From the NCBI RefSeq assembly GCF_009914755.1, contig NC_060927.1: 64,000 bases of DNA; one strand, given 5' to 3'. Source of the stretch: the human T2T-CHM13v2.0 reference genome, Homo sapiens. The notes below the pieces were generated by a model. That model was given only the letters and a program-made list of their open reading frames with translations, made no database searches and was not told where the DNA came from. Made by a program: the position numbers and the translations under genes. How positions within the stretch are numbered: position 1 is the stretch's first letter; the number at the start of each line of letters is the position of its first letter. Shown piece after piece: positions 37,301-51,877 of the stretch.

Positions 37301-39904
37301 GTAGGAAGTAAATCTTTAATAAAGTATAATTATCTTTGATTATAATTCAAAGATTTCAAATAAATCTTTGAAGTATATTTCATGAAATTACAGACATGAA
37401 TTAATGCAACAAAAGTAGAAGGAACATAAATCCAGCCTATTGTTTGTTTACTTGCAATTTGTAAATATTATTTAGAAAGATCCCTTTGAAATGTCATTCT
37501 GCATATCTCATGTTCTACTCAGCCCAAAGCTCTGTTTGAAAGTAACAATTATGGAGTAATTATTGAAGGTGGAAAGTCTACACTCCATGTCATAATCCTC
37601 AAAGATTTTAGTTTTATTTAATAGATTCATGTATGTGGAACTCCTCTTTCAGTTTTATGATGCTACATAAATATAAGAAATTATTATAATTTTTCTTCTC
37701 TGGTTTCCTTAACGTAGGCATTATAAAAATCTATGGATTCAATACTTCTCAACAGAGTCAGTTTTATCTGATACCCATGTATGTGAGTATATGTTGGGGT
37801 TCATATGTGAGTTGCCAAGTAGGAGTTTACTTTTCTGCCTCCTTATTTGTACATGTCAGGGGCCTCCACCAAAGTAACTACCCTGGTCTCTTTTTCCACT
37901 CCCTACACATTTCGCCCCATGAGGAGATATGAGTGACCATCAATTCTCAATATGGTAGAGCTTTTCTACTAATGTGCTCTAAGCATTGCGTATATGCTCA
38001 GATGAACTGTTGAAGGTCTAGACTTTATGGGATAAAATGGGGGAACTGAGAGCATTAGGAAGCTCATTTGCCACACACCTTAGCCATATTCTACAAACTA
38101 GGTTTTATATCAGCGATAGAACTGACATTTTGATCTCTGTATGCATATTTCCTTTCTCACTCAATTTATTTCAAACTGAGACAAGAGGTATATAATTTAC
38201 CTGAACCCCTAAAATGTTGAGAGCAACACCTATTGCTATAAGCAATAGATTTCCACAATAAAATTACTTTGAAGTGCCTCCCTAATATCTGATTTATCCA
38301 CTTTTCTGCAAAGAAAGGTAGAATCAGCACAGTAGAATTCCTTCTACAGAATTATGCATATGTGTGTTGTGCACACATATAAAATTTACAGTTGTTTCTT
38401 CTACTGTTGCTAATTCTAAACAGAATAAAAAGGATACATTATAAATATACCATCAATACAGCTAATGATTCATGATCTTGCTTTTAACTGGTGTTTACTC
38501 CGTGGTGTAATTTTCTTTTCAGAAAAAAGTACCAAGTATTAAAATGTCAATAATGACAAACTGCATTTCAGTGATTTATATTTCATTCTGTTTAGAAAAT
38601 CTGATGAAATAATTTGAGCGATCTTCTAAAGACATTTTTAAAAACTCATAATCCTACCCCACATTCTAACCTTCACAAGCACCCTGTGCATTGATGCCAT
38701 CAGTTCTTACTAACACAAACTGCTTCATGGGTTAGCTTGTCTCCCATATTCAGGGATCAAATTCCCTTGCTTCTATTTTAGAACTTGCTGTAGTCAATAA
38801 AATAGTTACTTACAAATATGTAGAAAAAGGTATAGTAAATTGTTCATTTTGGATTAATAATTTTGTTTTGACAAATAGTATTGTTGAGCAATAAATTTGC
38901 AATTTATTGATTTTCTTTTAATATCCCTTAAATATCCTTATTTAAGATATGCCTTACATTGGTATAACATTTTCGTTTTTTCAAAGGATTTTTAAATACC
39001 TGCTTTCATCTGACATTCAGAGAGTGGGGCATTTTCCTTATTTTATGTATGTGCACACTGAGATAGGAGAAAATCAAGGGAATCACTCAAGGGTTCATGG
39101 CTGTGTCCAAAAGAAATGTTAAGACATTTCTGAGCCGATTTTTATGACGTTAGACTTGCCTAAGTGCATCCCAGGACTATTGGCTAAATTAGTAGAGGCC
39201 TTAAGCAAAAATTTTTTTAAAGTAAGTACTTTGCTGAATATCTTGAGTGTTTGTTTGGATTTTGAACAAGGTTAATTGATTAGTTGGGGTGAAATAGAAA
39301 GCGAAACAGCGGAGCACATCTGGTGTCGATTGATAAGAAGGACAGCCACACTCAATTCCCTCCTAGGAAGAGAGGAACTGCCCTCTCCTTGACAGCTTAG
39401 CCATGCGCTCTTGCCTCTGCTGCCTAATGTCACTGCTGGGAGTACCTAATGGAAATAGTCTCTATCCACTGACAGAAGAAAGAAAGTGGGTTCGTAATTT
39501 AAGGAGACCTTCAGGCTCCTGAATAGCCCTATTCCTCTTTTCCTCCATTAGTGTTTGCTGACTATTTTTAAGTGGGTGAAACTGTAGGGTGAGCCTCTTG
39601 TCTAAGAAACTCTCCTCCCCACTTCTGTGTTAAGGCATCAAATAGAATAAACTCATGTGATTAACATCAAAGCCTATGTATGTGTATACTTTTTCCTTTA
39701 GATACTTTCATATACTCTCTCACATACACACACACACACAAACACACACACTCTTAAAGAGACAAGTCTGTTACCTGAGCAACAGGCATTATTCCTAGTC
39801 CAGTATTTTTGGCTTTATTTCAAAATCAGAAAAAATATTCAGATGACTGAGTTATTCTTTAATGTATTCTGTAATGTTTAGCAGATATTAAAAAATGATA
39901 ATCT

Positions 39905-40075
39905 AGACCATTCTTTGAAATTTTAATGTGCATAGGAACCACTGAGGGATCTTGTTAAAATGGAGTTTCTGAGTCAGTAGGTCTGAGATGGGGCCTGTAA
40001 GTCTATATTTCTAAATGAGCTCCCATGGAACAGTAATTCTTTTGGTCTTCAGATTACCCTTTGAGTAGCAAGAGT
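39905..40075. mobile_element. MER5-type hAT-Charlie MITE
   Basis: GGGATCTTGTTAAAATG..GAGTCAGTAGGTCTGAGATGGGGCCTG..CTTTGAGTAGCAAG. Confidence 0.75.
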
Positions 40076-41035
40076 CTAAATTATGACTACAGATCGTAGT
40101 AGGAAACATAGCCAAACAACTTTTTTACTCTCTACAGTTTACATGCAAGTATATTTTGCTTTCTCATCTTGGGTATACTTTCTTGTTTTTTTCTGGAAGT
40201 CTTGGAAAAAAATTGAATATCCTCGAGGCTAAACTTACCAGGTTTTTTTTTTTCCTGTCTGAACACAGAGTAACATTTAAAAAGAGTCATCTATATGTAA
40301 GTAATGCTTGAGTTAGCATATTTTTCTAGTACCTGGCTTATAAATATTTACATGGTACTAAACATCTATTACTTGGGCTGTAGACCAAAATTCTGTTTTT
40401 TTGTAAATTCAATTGAATCTAACATATTGACAAGGAATTTTGTTAGTAACATAATTAGCTATTCAATCCCAGTTATCCCCAGCAAGGATATGGGGATACA
40501 CATTTATGGTAGATGAGACAAATATTCTACAGTGTTTTGTAATCTATGTAGATTAGTTTCAGTCACTGTTTACGTGACAGGGGCAACCTGCCTCTTGGCC
40601 AGCAGTAAGAGAGAGGTGGAGAAGGCAGGCTTTCCCTCTCAGGTAATAGAGCCTGGTATGGAAGTATAGTAAAAATACAGCAAATTTCCTACACATTTTT
40701 TGTGTTTTAAAGTTCTATTGAAACAATACCTCTATGAGGATTCTTGTAGTAAGCAATTCCCTTCAGTTCTGCAGTAGTATTCAGTAAACACTTTACTACT
40801 CAGAACACTTCTTTTATCAATTTAACAAATGCATTTCAAATGCGTATTTACTGGGAGGCATAAAGATGGAAAGCAAAGTCTCTAACCTACAAATGCTACT
40901 ATTAGGGTGGGAGGTATGCAGGCAGCCATGTATGATGATATGAGATAATATGTATAACAGATTATGCCTGAAATGCAGTGGGAACCCAATAGAATAAGAC
41001 AAATCAGTGGCAACCTTATAAAAGATACAGTATTA

Positions 41036-41649
<614 letters not shown>

Positions 41650-42389
41650 AAAAGGATGGGTTTTATTTTCCAAGCAGGCACATTTTGTTAGGGAGAGGGG
41701 AATAAGAGAAGGCAGGAGAACATCCCAAGGAGAGAAGGTAGCATATTCGAAAGACAGGTCTTATTACAGAATGTGACCCATGTAGGTATCATCATGTCCT
41801 TCGGAAATGACCGAGTGGGATTTGTGACGGGAGAGTAAAGAAAAGCAATATTGAGCAGGTAGGCAAGGCCACAATATGAAGAGTCTTCCGTCCTTAAAAG
41901 AATAAAAGGTTAAATCTTATTTTTAAGTTGCAGGGAGTCATTTAAAATGTGAGTATCTGTAATATCATAGTCTTGTATCCAAATAAGTTACATAAAATTT
42001 CTCTCCTTTGCTAAAGTGAATATGTGAATAAACTATTTTTTAGGACAATTTTTTTCACACCAATTAGTTTAACATTTCAAAATCAAAATTTTTTTTAGTT
42101 TTGGACTACATTTCCATCTACCTTTTGCACATGCCTCTCCTCAGGTAAAGAAAGAATCTGCCATCTTCTTGCACCTCAAGTCTATGTCTCCATTCTCCTG
42201 TTTCCTTGCTATGGGAGTAGAAATAGCCATGTGTTCTATCGTATTCCCATCAACACCTTCCTCCACCTACTATACTTTTTAACTGTTCAACTGTAGCACG
42301 CTGGCTCCTAGTTCCTTTATTCAAGTTCCGGGTGACTTCATACCATCAGATGATTGAAACACGAGTGAAAAACTCTGATGTTCTGAGTT

Positions 42390-42412
42390 TGTGTGTGTGT
42401 GTGTGTGTGTGT
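42390..42412. repeat. (TG)n microsatellite
   Basis: Directly visible. Confidence 0.9.
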
Positions 42413-43121
42413 TAAAGAGAGAAACAGATTTGTGATTTGAATATCAGAACTAATAATCTGACTTTTATGAAATGCCAAACGTAAGTGGAAAGGGTGGACT
42501 TAACAGTTATTGGCTAGTAGAACAGCCCTGAGTAATTTCATTGAGCACTTGAAAACAAAGGAAAGATCTCCTTTGACAATGTTTGCCAAGTTTTTTTAAA
42601 TGCATGGATTGGGAAGATGCTCTAAGTTCAAATCAAGTGTTAATTACAGAAAAAGTACTGATGACCGATTTCCACTGTATGAATTTCAGGATGTCTTTGT
42701 CTTTCTGAAATGAGAGACATGGGAGACAAGGTACTTATGAAACATGAGATTACTGAAAGAAGTTTTCTATACTTGTAATTAAAATAGTGACTATTACCTT
42801 TGTGAACAGGCAATTTACTACAGGATTACCTTTCCAATAATATAAAAACACTGGTTTCAAAAGAACCTCATTAAATGTGGTGTTTGCTAGGAATCTCTAA
42901 ATTTAACTTGAAATATTGGTAAAAATGAGGCTAAGTTTGGCTGCTTCTTCAAATTCACTCAAATGCTTAAGTAGAATGTTGTGATGAAAACTTTGAATTT
43001 TATAGGTTTTAGTAAGCAAATGTCTACTAAAGTGGCTATTTTTACTTTTTATAAATACACTATGCTGCCTCATATATTTTTCTTTTCTTTTATGAGCAGG
43101 TGGATCTTAAATAACAAAAAT

Positions 43122-43425
43122 CTATAGTCACAGGTTGTACAGCGGATCTCTAGAATTTACTCATCTAGCATAACCGAAACTAAGGTATTACGCTTTATAA
43201 AATTTATTGAATAGATATCATGGTGAATGTTCTTATAATAATAGAAAAAGACAATGACAAAGGAACACAAGGAAACTTTGGGAGGTGTTAGAAATGTCTG
43301 TTACCTTCATTGTAATAGTCATAACCATGGGTGTGTACATATGTCCCTGCTTTCCAAATTGAATGCATCAAATATATGTAGTTCTTTGTATATCAATTAT
43401 AGTTTAATAAAGCTTTTTTATTAAA
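43122..43425 (+). mobile_element. L1MA9/10-type 3' end with ~60-bp 5' inversion
   Basis: 43122-43181 is the reverse complement of AGTTTCGGTTATGCTAGATGAGTAAATTCTAGAGATCCGCTGTACAAC..CTATAG. It is followed by the sense CACAAGGAAACTTTGGGAGGTG..TATATCAATTAT..AATAAAGCT. Confidence 0.7.
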
Positions 43426-45438
43426 AAGATAGAAAACAACATATTTCTAAAAGTCTTTTCAGATTAGCATTCCTTCATTGGTCATAGTTCTAAGAGTTCA
43501 GAGAAAGAATGTGGGGGCAGATCTGACAAACTGAGCATTTAGATAGGAACATAAAGAGTGACAAGCTGATTTCCTGACATCTCTGTGATGTAGAAATTAG
43601 CAGAAAAAAACTTATGATCAGGAACATATATTTAAACTACAAGGAGCATGAGATGGTGTTAGTTTTTGAAGACTATTCTATAAATTTGGCAGTGTACACA
43701 CAACACCTTCTTGATTTATGATCAATGACAACTGTCACTAGAAGGGGTACAGGGAACACAAGAATTTTCTGATGCATGTTTTCATCTGGGAAGTGCTAAA
43801 AGCACAACTTTCCTGTTCAGTTCTAAAGTTCTTATTCAGTTCTCATGGTTCCAAAATAGAGCAGTCCACAGGGAATTCAAAATTAGATGATTTTTATTCC
43901 CAATTCCCACCACCATTCATAAAATACAGTTAAATTGGTGGCAAAGGCCAGTTGTTCTCAATGCCCCAAAATCCCAAAATAGACTGAATTAAAATACGGC
44001 ATAGGATCCTTCTGGCTTCACTTGTTTTCTCACTCCAGAATCAGTCCATTTCTTTCCCCTTTTCAATAACAGCCTACTGCCCTTCACTGTACTTCAATTT
44101 CCCTAGTAATTGTAGTCTGTTTCCTAAATCTAGACTACCATCAGCAAATTATTTCTCTGCCCTTTCTCATACATAAAGTATATAAAGGAGATGAAGAAAG
44201 TAGAAAAGATGGGTCCATTCTAAATAGTCATAATGTCAAATTTCAACTGATTCCTTGAGATTATACAACCATATAATTTTCTATATAATTTTCTCTTTTA
44301 TATTTTACTATTTTCTTCAGGAATAATTTCAAAATTTTCACTTTTTTTCAAGCAAATAATCTCAATACTCTCTCTCTTTTTTTTTTCCAGATTCAGTAGA
44401 GAGCCTCATTTCCTACTTTCTTTATTGTTATAAATACTAACCGCCAGGTACTCCATTAATGATTTTGATTGTTTTCTAAGGTGGGCACTATTGTTAATTG
44501 AATTCCGCAGATGAGGTGATACATATAAGGAGGTTATGATATCCCAAAAATGTTTTCTAATATCTTCTTAAATATTCCTTGGAATTCTCTGTCTTCAAAT
44601 CAAAGCAGTGAGATTTACTGCCCCAGGGAAAAAAGGAAGTAGAAACTACCAAGAACAAATTAGCTGTTGATCAGTTTCGAGTCTCAAAGCTGCTATTCTT
44701 GATTGCTTTAACTAGACAATAGTAATAAAAGCCAAGTGTAATTAAAAGAGACAAAAATTTTAAAAATGCCTTCCTTATCCTTTTCAAATGTATCTAGAGA
44801 CAGGTCAAACAACTTTATTATAGCTGTTTAAAAAACATATATATCTCAGAAACATGAGAACAGGGAAGGAAATTTCCCAACTTCCATTAAAATGAATGGT
44901 TGGAATAAACATGTTATTGAACTGCATTTTTTTGCTCCTGGTCTGATTTGCAGAGAAGATTGTAGCAGATGGTCCTGTTAGGGTATTGAAGGAACTGTCA
45001 AGGATAAGAGGTCCTTTATCCCACCTTCTATTTGGAACTTTAACAAAAGTCCCCTTTGAATATTGTCCTGCTGCATAATAGAGCAGCCTCAGCTTTGTGA
45101 ACGGAACAGATAAGAACCCATTTAGCCCTCCTCAGCCTTCCTAGGCTTTCTAATGGTGGCAAATGACCTATAAATTCCTTCATGATCGTAGGGGTATGTG
45201 TGTGGATGGGGACGGCCATGTGGCTATTAGACTATTCTAATACCACTGGAGTTGAGGGCTGAAGGACTAGGCATTAAAGGGAAATCAGGGGAAAACAGAA
45301 GTGTCAATGGAATCAGTCAGCAGAGGGAAGTGGATGATTCAACAGGAGCATGGTCTAAATTAGAACATAGACCATGTGTTACATTAGCATCAACTTTGAG
45401 CAGTAAAAGCCAAAAGAAGTCTCTGGAATTAGTTCTAC

Positions 45439-46389
45439 TAAAGCAGGATATTTCCCTGATCTTTTCGCACGACTCTTGACAGGGTTGCCTCATTTACTGA
45501 GCCCCATGCTCTCAACACCTCACAGGAGGCAGTGCATGAGTGAATGAGTGCAGGAACTGGCGTGAACAAGCGCTGGAATTGACCAGCCCCTTCAGTGCCC
45601 ATGGAATCAAACTCCACTCACTCAGACCTGCTGCGTTCCACCCCTTGCAAGAGTAAGCAAATGGCTGAGCAGGTACAGGAACCATCCAGATGCTTTAGAA
45701 CCGGCAGGGCTGAACTCTGTGCAGGTCCCATGGCAGCATCCAGGTGGGAGTGCCTGAGACTGCAGAAGCTCCAGAGAGCATGGTACAGTACTCTCATAGC
45801 TCTGCCATCCATGCATGGCTTAAGCGTTAACAGCTCAGTGGGCCCTCTGCCTTTTTGCATGAGGTGGCTGCCCTCTGCCAACAAGGGCGATGTGCCAGTG
45901 TGTCAGCTTTTTGTAACCACACTTGTGGCTCACAAGCTCTTGTCTGGCATCCAGGAAAAATGAGGTCGCATGAATGAACTGAAGGATGGTAAATGTGAGG
46001 GCTTTCATTGCTGATGAAAGTGGCTCTCAGTGGGAAGGGAAGCTGAAAAGGGGGTGGGGTGAGAAAGTAATCTTCCCCTGAAGTCTGGCTGCTTCTGGTT
46101 GGATTTTTCTCCAAAGTTACTCCATCAAGCTGTCCCTCTGAGGTCAAGTCACTTCTCTCTGACATCCAACCATAGTCCCATCTACTGACTGAGTCTGGGG
46201 TTTTTATAGGCATAGGATGGGACAGTGCAGGGCCATGGGTGGTTTAGGAAAAGGCAACATTCGAGTGGGAAAACAGGGATATAAGTTCTCACTTTAGGCC
46301 ACGGTTTCAGGCTTTTCAGCTTGAGGATGGGGTTTCACCAGGGACCTGCCCTTTTCTGCCTAGAATTTCTCTGCCTCCTGTCCCTATCA
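45439..46389 (-). mobile_element. ERV1 solo LTR of the LTR1/LTR28/MER50 group (~950 bp)
   Basis: Minus strand TGATAGGGACAGGAGGCAGAGAAATTCTAGGCAG...GAAATATCCTGCTTTA; near-TSD CTAC/CTAG; homologous to 35448-37300. Confidence 0.82.
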
Positions 46390-47689
46390 CTAGCACACCT
46401 TAGCAGAGACTTTCAAATTGCTGATGATGCTGAGGAGATATCAGCTTCCCTCCCTACTTCAGTTTCATGTGGTTACACTCCATTCATGTCCACAATTTCC
46501 CTGTATAGAATCTTAAAGAGAAGTGGACCTGGCAATATTTTTGAAATAATGAGCCTTTAACTGAGTCCTCTGGACAAGTAACAACTTCCTAAATAGATAA
46601 ACTAAATTACTGGACCAGGTGAGATTATGAGGTTAGAATTCACCTAGTTCCCCTCAACACTACACACCACTGTCTCTTGTTAGGTTAGGAGCTAACAAGA
46701 AGGATAATTCCAGTTATATCAAAATGAAGGACATATTTTTTGTTTCATAGATAAGTGTAGTGTCAATAAACTTTTCTCAACAATTACAGCCCACTATGCC
46801 ATGAGCACTGAAACCAATGACCACATTTTTCTTATTCACTGTCTAAAGCACCAGTGACTGTTTTGCCACTCATTATCTACTTTTGAGATGTGAAGATAAG
46901 TGAGACAATTTATTATTTTTCCTCCAAGACATAGAGGCAGACAGCAGAGGCAGACATATAATTATGATTTAAAAAACTAAAATTGCTACCACTGATCATG
47001 AACTCATTTCCTTTCACTTTTTCTGGAGCCCTTATACCTCAACTACCCCACTTTGTTCTAGCATGTTCATTCTTAATTTTATTAGTCATTTTTACCCTAT
47101 AATTATCAACATGCAAAAGTTGTCCCTGCTTGAACTAAGGATCAAAGACAAATTTATTTGAACACTCTGCCTTTTTGGGCAGTCATCCAACTTCTGTTCT
47201 TTTCTATTTTAACGGAATTTACAATCCCTGCAGTTATTTCCCTTGCAGACTTTCTCTCTCTCTCTTTCTCTGGCTCGCTCTCTCTTTCTTTTTTTTTCTC
47301 TGTTATCTTTTCTCCTCACTAGATTCAGAAATCTTACCTAGGAACTAAGAATTAGCCTTAGCACCTAACAATATTCTATTGATTTCTTGTTGTTAAGTGC
47401 AAGAGCATATTTCTGTTATTCTTGGCAGCTCTGGAAACCTTGATTCTGACAAGACCTTCTTTATTGATGCTTTCTTCTCTCATAGCTCTAGTGAAATGCA
47501 TTCTCATAATTATTTTCCCTCCTCCTTGTTACCTCTTTTATCATTCTTTTGTTTAACGTTTGTGTCTTGTTTACTTCCCACTTCCCAACCATGCAAGCCT
47601 TTACTTTTCTCTAAGGCTGATCTACTAACTGCTTTCCAAGTATGCTGTGTACATTTCCATCTCCAAAGTTTTTAGTCATCTCAAAAGCA

Positions 47690-47930
47690 TCACTGTGAGA
47701 GCTGAAGAACACAGGGCTTGTATCACATATATTAGGGCAGATTATTAACTCAGCTATTTAATAACTGTTTGGCCTTTGATAGATTCTAAACATTTTAAGT
47801 GTAAGTTTTATTATCTGTAAAAATTGGATAATTATGTTTATATAAAACTGTTACTTGATGATTTTAAAAAAGTTAACCTTAAAAGTGGCAAAAATGGTTG
47901 GCATATAATGTATACTAATAAGTGATAGAA
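47690..47930 (+). mobile_element. MIR SINE
   Basis: AGTTTTATTATCTGTAAAAATTGGATAAT..TTGGCATATAATGTATACTAATAAGTG. Confidence 0.55.
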
Positions 47931-49404
47931 ATTTTTATGTTTGGTATTCTAAGCATGTATTTTATTTCTCCCCCCCGCAACACACACTCTAAAATCATTA
48001 AAATCCTACATCTTTCAAGAAGCATAGACTTTTTGCTCTAAATTCTGGGGTTTACTTGCATCTTGGAAGAAATTTAAAAAAATACAGTGTCCATTACTCC
48101 CCTCTAAATTTTGTATAGAGAGTTATTTGGAAGACACTTCTATGATGATCATCATAAAGACTATGAGGTGAAAACAGGTACTCACTGTGTAAGAACTTTC
48201 CATAGTATAGATAAATTTCATCCCTCTTAAATGTGTGCTATTGTAATCATACATGCTATTTTTACATAAATTATAAAACACACTGCATATTGTTATTTAT
48301 TGTTTAAATAGTCAATCATGCATTAAAGATATTTACATAATAAGAACACTGTGTACTTAACCATATAGTTATTATTTCCAGTACTTGTCTATTCTATATG
48401 GATATCCACATTTCCATCTGAAGCAATTTTTGTTGTAACCCGAGGGACTTCTTTTAATTAATATTTTCAGGTTTTGCACATGTGCAAAGTCTTTACTTCT
48501 CTTTTATCTTGGAAAGATGATTTAAACAAATGCAGAATTCTAGGTTGACTATATATTTTTCAGTGTGTTAAATATTACTTCACCATCTTCTCACTTACAT
48601 TGTTTCTCACAACAAATATGCCAGTATCGTCATTTCTTTGTATATGACATGTCTTTTGTCTCTAGCTGTTTCTAAGAGCTTTTACCAACACTGGTTTTGA
48701 GCAAATTAATTGTGATGTACCTTAGTGTAGTTTTTTTCATTTCCTCTCCTTGGAATTTATTGACATTTTTGGATGTGTAGATTTGTAATTATTGTCCACT
48801 TGGAAGATAATCAAACATTATTTCTTCACATCATTTTTCTACATTCCCTTTTCTCCTCTTTCCTTGGTGATTTTAATTATATGTAGTTAGGCTGCCCAGA
48901 AGTGTTTATCAGCTTCCTGATTCTGTGCTCACTTCTTTTTTTAATTCTAAGTTGCACCATGTTTTATTTTCAATAATATCAATCGCTGTGCTGTCGAAGT
49001 CCTTCATATTTTCAATGCGATATCTAATCTGCTATTTATTCCATTCAGTGCAGGTCTCAGCTTTTGCATTGTAGTTCTTCTATCAGTTTAACTTCAATAT
49101 ATTTTTGTTTTTCATTCCTTTACTAAAATTTTGAAAACATGGGATACCCTTTACAAAAGTGTTTTTATTGTCTTTGTCTGCTAATTCTAATATCTGTTCT
49201 GTTGCTTTCTATTGATTATTTCCCTCCTCATTATAGGACATATTTCCATGACCATTTGGCAAGCCTGGTAATTTTTGATTGGGTTCCAGACTTTGTGAAT
49301 TTTAATTCATAGGTGCCGGATATTTTATATTTCTGTAAATATCCTTGAACTTAATTTCAAGATGAAATTAAGTTACTTTTTAACAGTCTGATCCTTTCAG
49401 ATGC

Positions 49405-49451
49405 TTCTCCCTCTCTCTTTCTTTCTCTCTCTCTTTCTCTCTGTTTCTCTC

Positions 49452-49487
<36 letters not shown>
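49405..49487. repeat. (TC)n(TA)(TG)n compound microsatellite at the L1 tail
   Basis: Directly visible. Confidence 0.9.
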
Positions 49488-49488
<1 letters not shown>

Positions 49489-49489
<1 letters not shown>

Positions 49490-50917
49490 TATTTATTTAT
49501 TTTTATTATACTTTAAGTTCTGGGACACATGTGCAGAACATGCAGGTTTGTTACATAGGTATACATGTGCCATAGGTATACATGTGTTGCACCCATCAAC
49601 CTGTCATCTACATTAGGTATTTCTTTTAATGCTATTCCTCCCCTTGACCCCCACCCCCCGACAGGCCCCAGTGTGTGATGTTCCTCTCCCTGTGTTCATG
49701 TGTTCTCATTGTTCAACTCCCACTTATGAGTGAGAACACGCGGTGTTTGGTTTTCTGTTCCTGTGTTAGTTTGCTGAGAATAATGGTTTCCAGCTTCATC
49801 CACATCCCTGCAAAGGACATGAGTTCATTCTTTTTCATGGCTGCATAGAATTCCATGGCGTATATGATGGGCATGTTAGTTGGTTCCAAGTCTTTACTAT
49901 TGTAAATAGTGCTGGAATAAACATACGTGTGCATGTGCTTTATAGTAGAATGATTTATAATCCTTTGGGTGTATGCCCAGTAATAGGATTGCTGGGTCAA
50001 ATAGTATTTCTGGTTCTACATGCTTGAGGAATCACCGTACTATCTTCCACAATGGTTGAACTAATTTACACTCCCACCAACAGTGTAAAAACGTTCCTAT
50101 TTCTCCACATGCTCTCCAGCATCTGCTGTTTCCTGACTTTTTAATGATCGCCATTCTAACTGGCATGAGATGATATCTCATTGTGGTTTTGATTTGCATT
50201 TCTCTGATCACCAGTGATGATGAGCATTTTTTCATATGTCTGTTAGCTGTTCATATCCTTAGCCATTTGTGAGATGGGTAGATTGCAAAGATTTTCTCCC
50301 ATTCTGTAGGTTGCCTGTTCACTCTGACGATAGTTTCTTTTGCTGTGCTGTGCAGAAGCTTTTTAGTTTAAATAGATCCCATTTTTCAATTTTGGCTTTT
50401 GTTGCAATTGCTTTTGGTGTTTCAGTCATGAAGTCTTTCCCTATGCCTATATCCTGAGTGGTATTGCCTAGGTTTTCTTCTAGGGTTTTTATAGTTTTAG
50501 ATCATACATTTAAGTCTTTAATCCATCTTGAGTTAATTTTTGTATAAGGTATAAGGAAGGGTCCCAGTTTCAGTATTCTGCATACTGCTAGCCAGTTTTC
50601 CCAGCACCATTTATTAAATAGGGAATCTTTTCCCCATTGCTTGTTTTTGTCAGGTTTGCCAAATATCAGATGGTTGTAGATGTGTGGTGTTATTTCTGAG
50701 GCCTCTGTTCTGTTGCCTGACTCCTGTCGCTTCCTGGGTGAGGCGACATCCCACCCTGCTTCTGTTCGCCCTCCATAGGATGCACCCAATGTCTAACCAG
50801 TCCCATTGAGATGAACTGGGTACCTCAGTTGGAAATGCAGAAATCACCTGCCTTCTGCATTGGTCTCGCTGAGAGCTGCAGACCAGAGCTGTTCCTATTC
50901 GGCCATCTTGCCAGCCC
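49489..50917 (-). mobile_element. L1PA7/8 with both termini but a multi-kb internal deletion
   Basis: Minus strand starts GGCTGGCAAGATGGCCGAATAGGAACAGCTC (L1 5' end with YY1 site). After ~200 nt it switches to ORF2 AACAGAACAGAGGCCTCAGAAATAACACC and runs to the 3'UTR and polyA. Confidence 0.9.
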
Positions 50918-51877
50918 TCTATCTATTTACTTTTTAGGTTGCACAGGAGTAGCAATCAGTTTAAGTATAATTGTTTCCTATTATTGAGGCAAGTACACTG
51001 TACCCAAATTTTTGTGAGTAATAGGATTTTACACTTACAGGCATTTTTCCTGGCTGTATGTGAGCTTGTCCCTACTAACTCTCATTCTTTTGGATGGTTC
51101 TTCTTCTGGTGCCCACTAATTTCTTTATATGCACCTACTGGTCAGAGTTCAGCTGAATTCTAAGCTTGGATCTTCTGCAGATCTCCATGTTTCTATCATC
51201 ATGCACGGGCACTTTCTCCAGTATTCTGCATGTGACCTTTCACTACCTTGGTGTCCCCAGACTTTTAATTATATTTCTGTACCTCAACTCTACCTAACTT
51301 CTTGTTCGCAGCACCAGAAAATACTCCCGGCAGCAAACTGTAGCAATTATGGGGACTCACCTTATTTGTTTCCTGTTTCACAGGGATCACATTTCTCTAC
51401 TGCCTTATGTATATTGTCCTAAAAGTTATTCTTTCCTATATCTGATTCGTGTTTTAGAGTTTCATATAGGGTTTTCTGTACCTTTTACTCTAGCATGACC
51501 AGAAATATAAGTCTTGTTGAAATGTGCAATGTGTTTTGACTTATTTAAGTTTATAATCATGCTGATTGAGTCTTGATTTTAACATGTTATTCTGGCTGAA
51601 AACTAGGTCTCTATTTCTTAATACATGTTTGCTTATTTTAGTGAAGTTTAATATTATACACATGCACACAAATCCATACTTGTGTATTTGTGTTTGTGTG
51701 TGTGTGAATGTATTCTCCAACTTGAGTGATATATTGCTAATTTCATTCACTCACTCAGTCATTCATTCACTTTTTAAGTAAGTATTGAATGCCTCCTTTA
51801 TGCTGGTCACACTTATACACATGGGGAATGCAGTAGTAAAAATACATACAAATTTTTGCTTTTAAGAGTCTTAGTTT

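Larger units (their letters stand above)
48150..51500 (-). mobile_element. Ancient L1M (L1MC/ME) ORF1 and 5' region, split by an L1PA
   Basis: GCAGAATTCTAGGTTGAC..TTGAGCAAATTAATTGTGATGTACCTTAGTGTAG is antisense ORF1-type sequence. It continues at ~50925 after the L1PA. Confidence 0.6.

Noticed and set aside
40563-40642. 80-bp exon-like segment (TTTCAG|...CAG|GTAATA)
   Set aside because: Weak polypyrimidine tract and no supporting context. Expected by chance.
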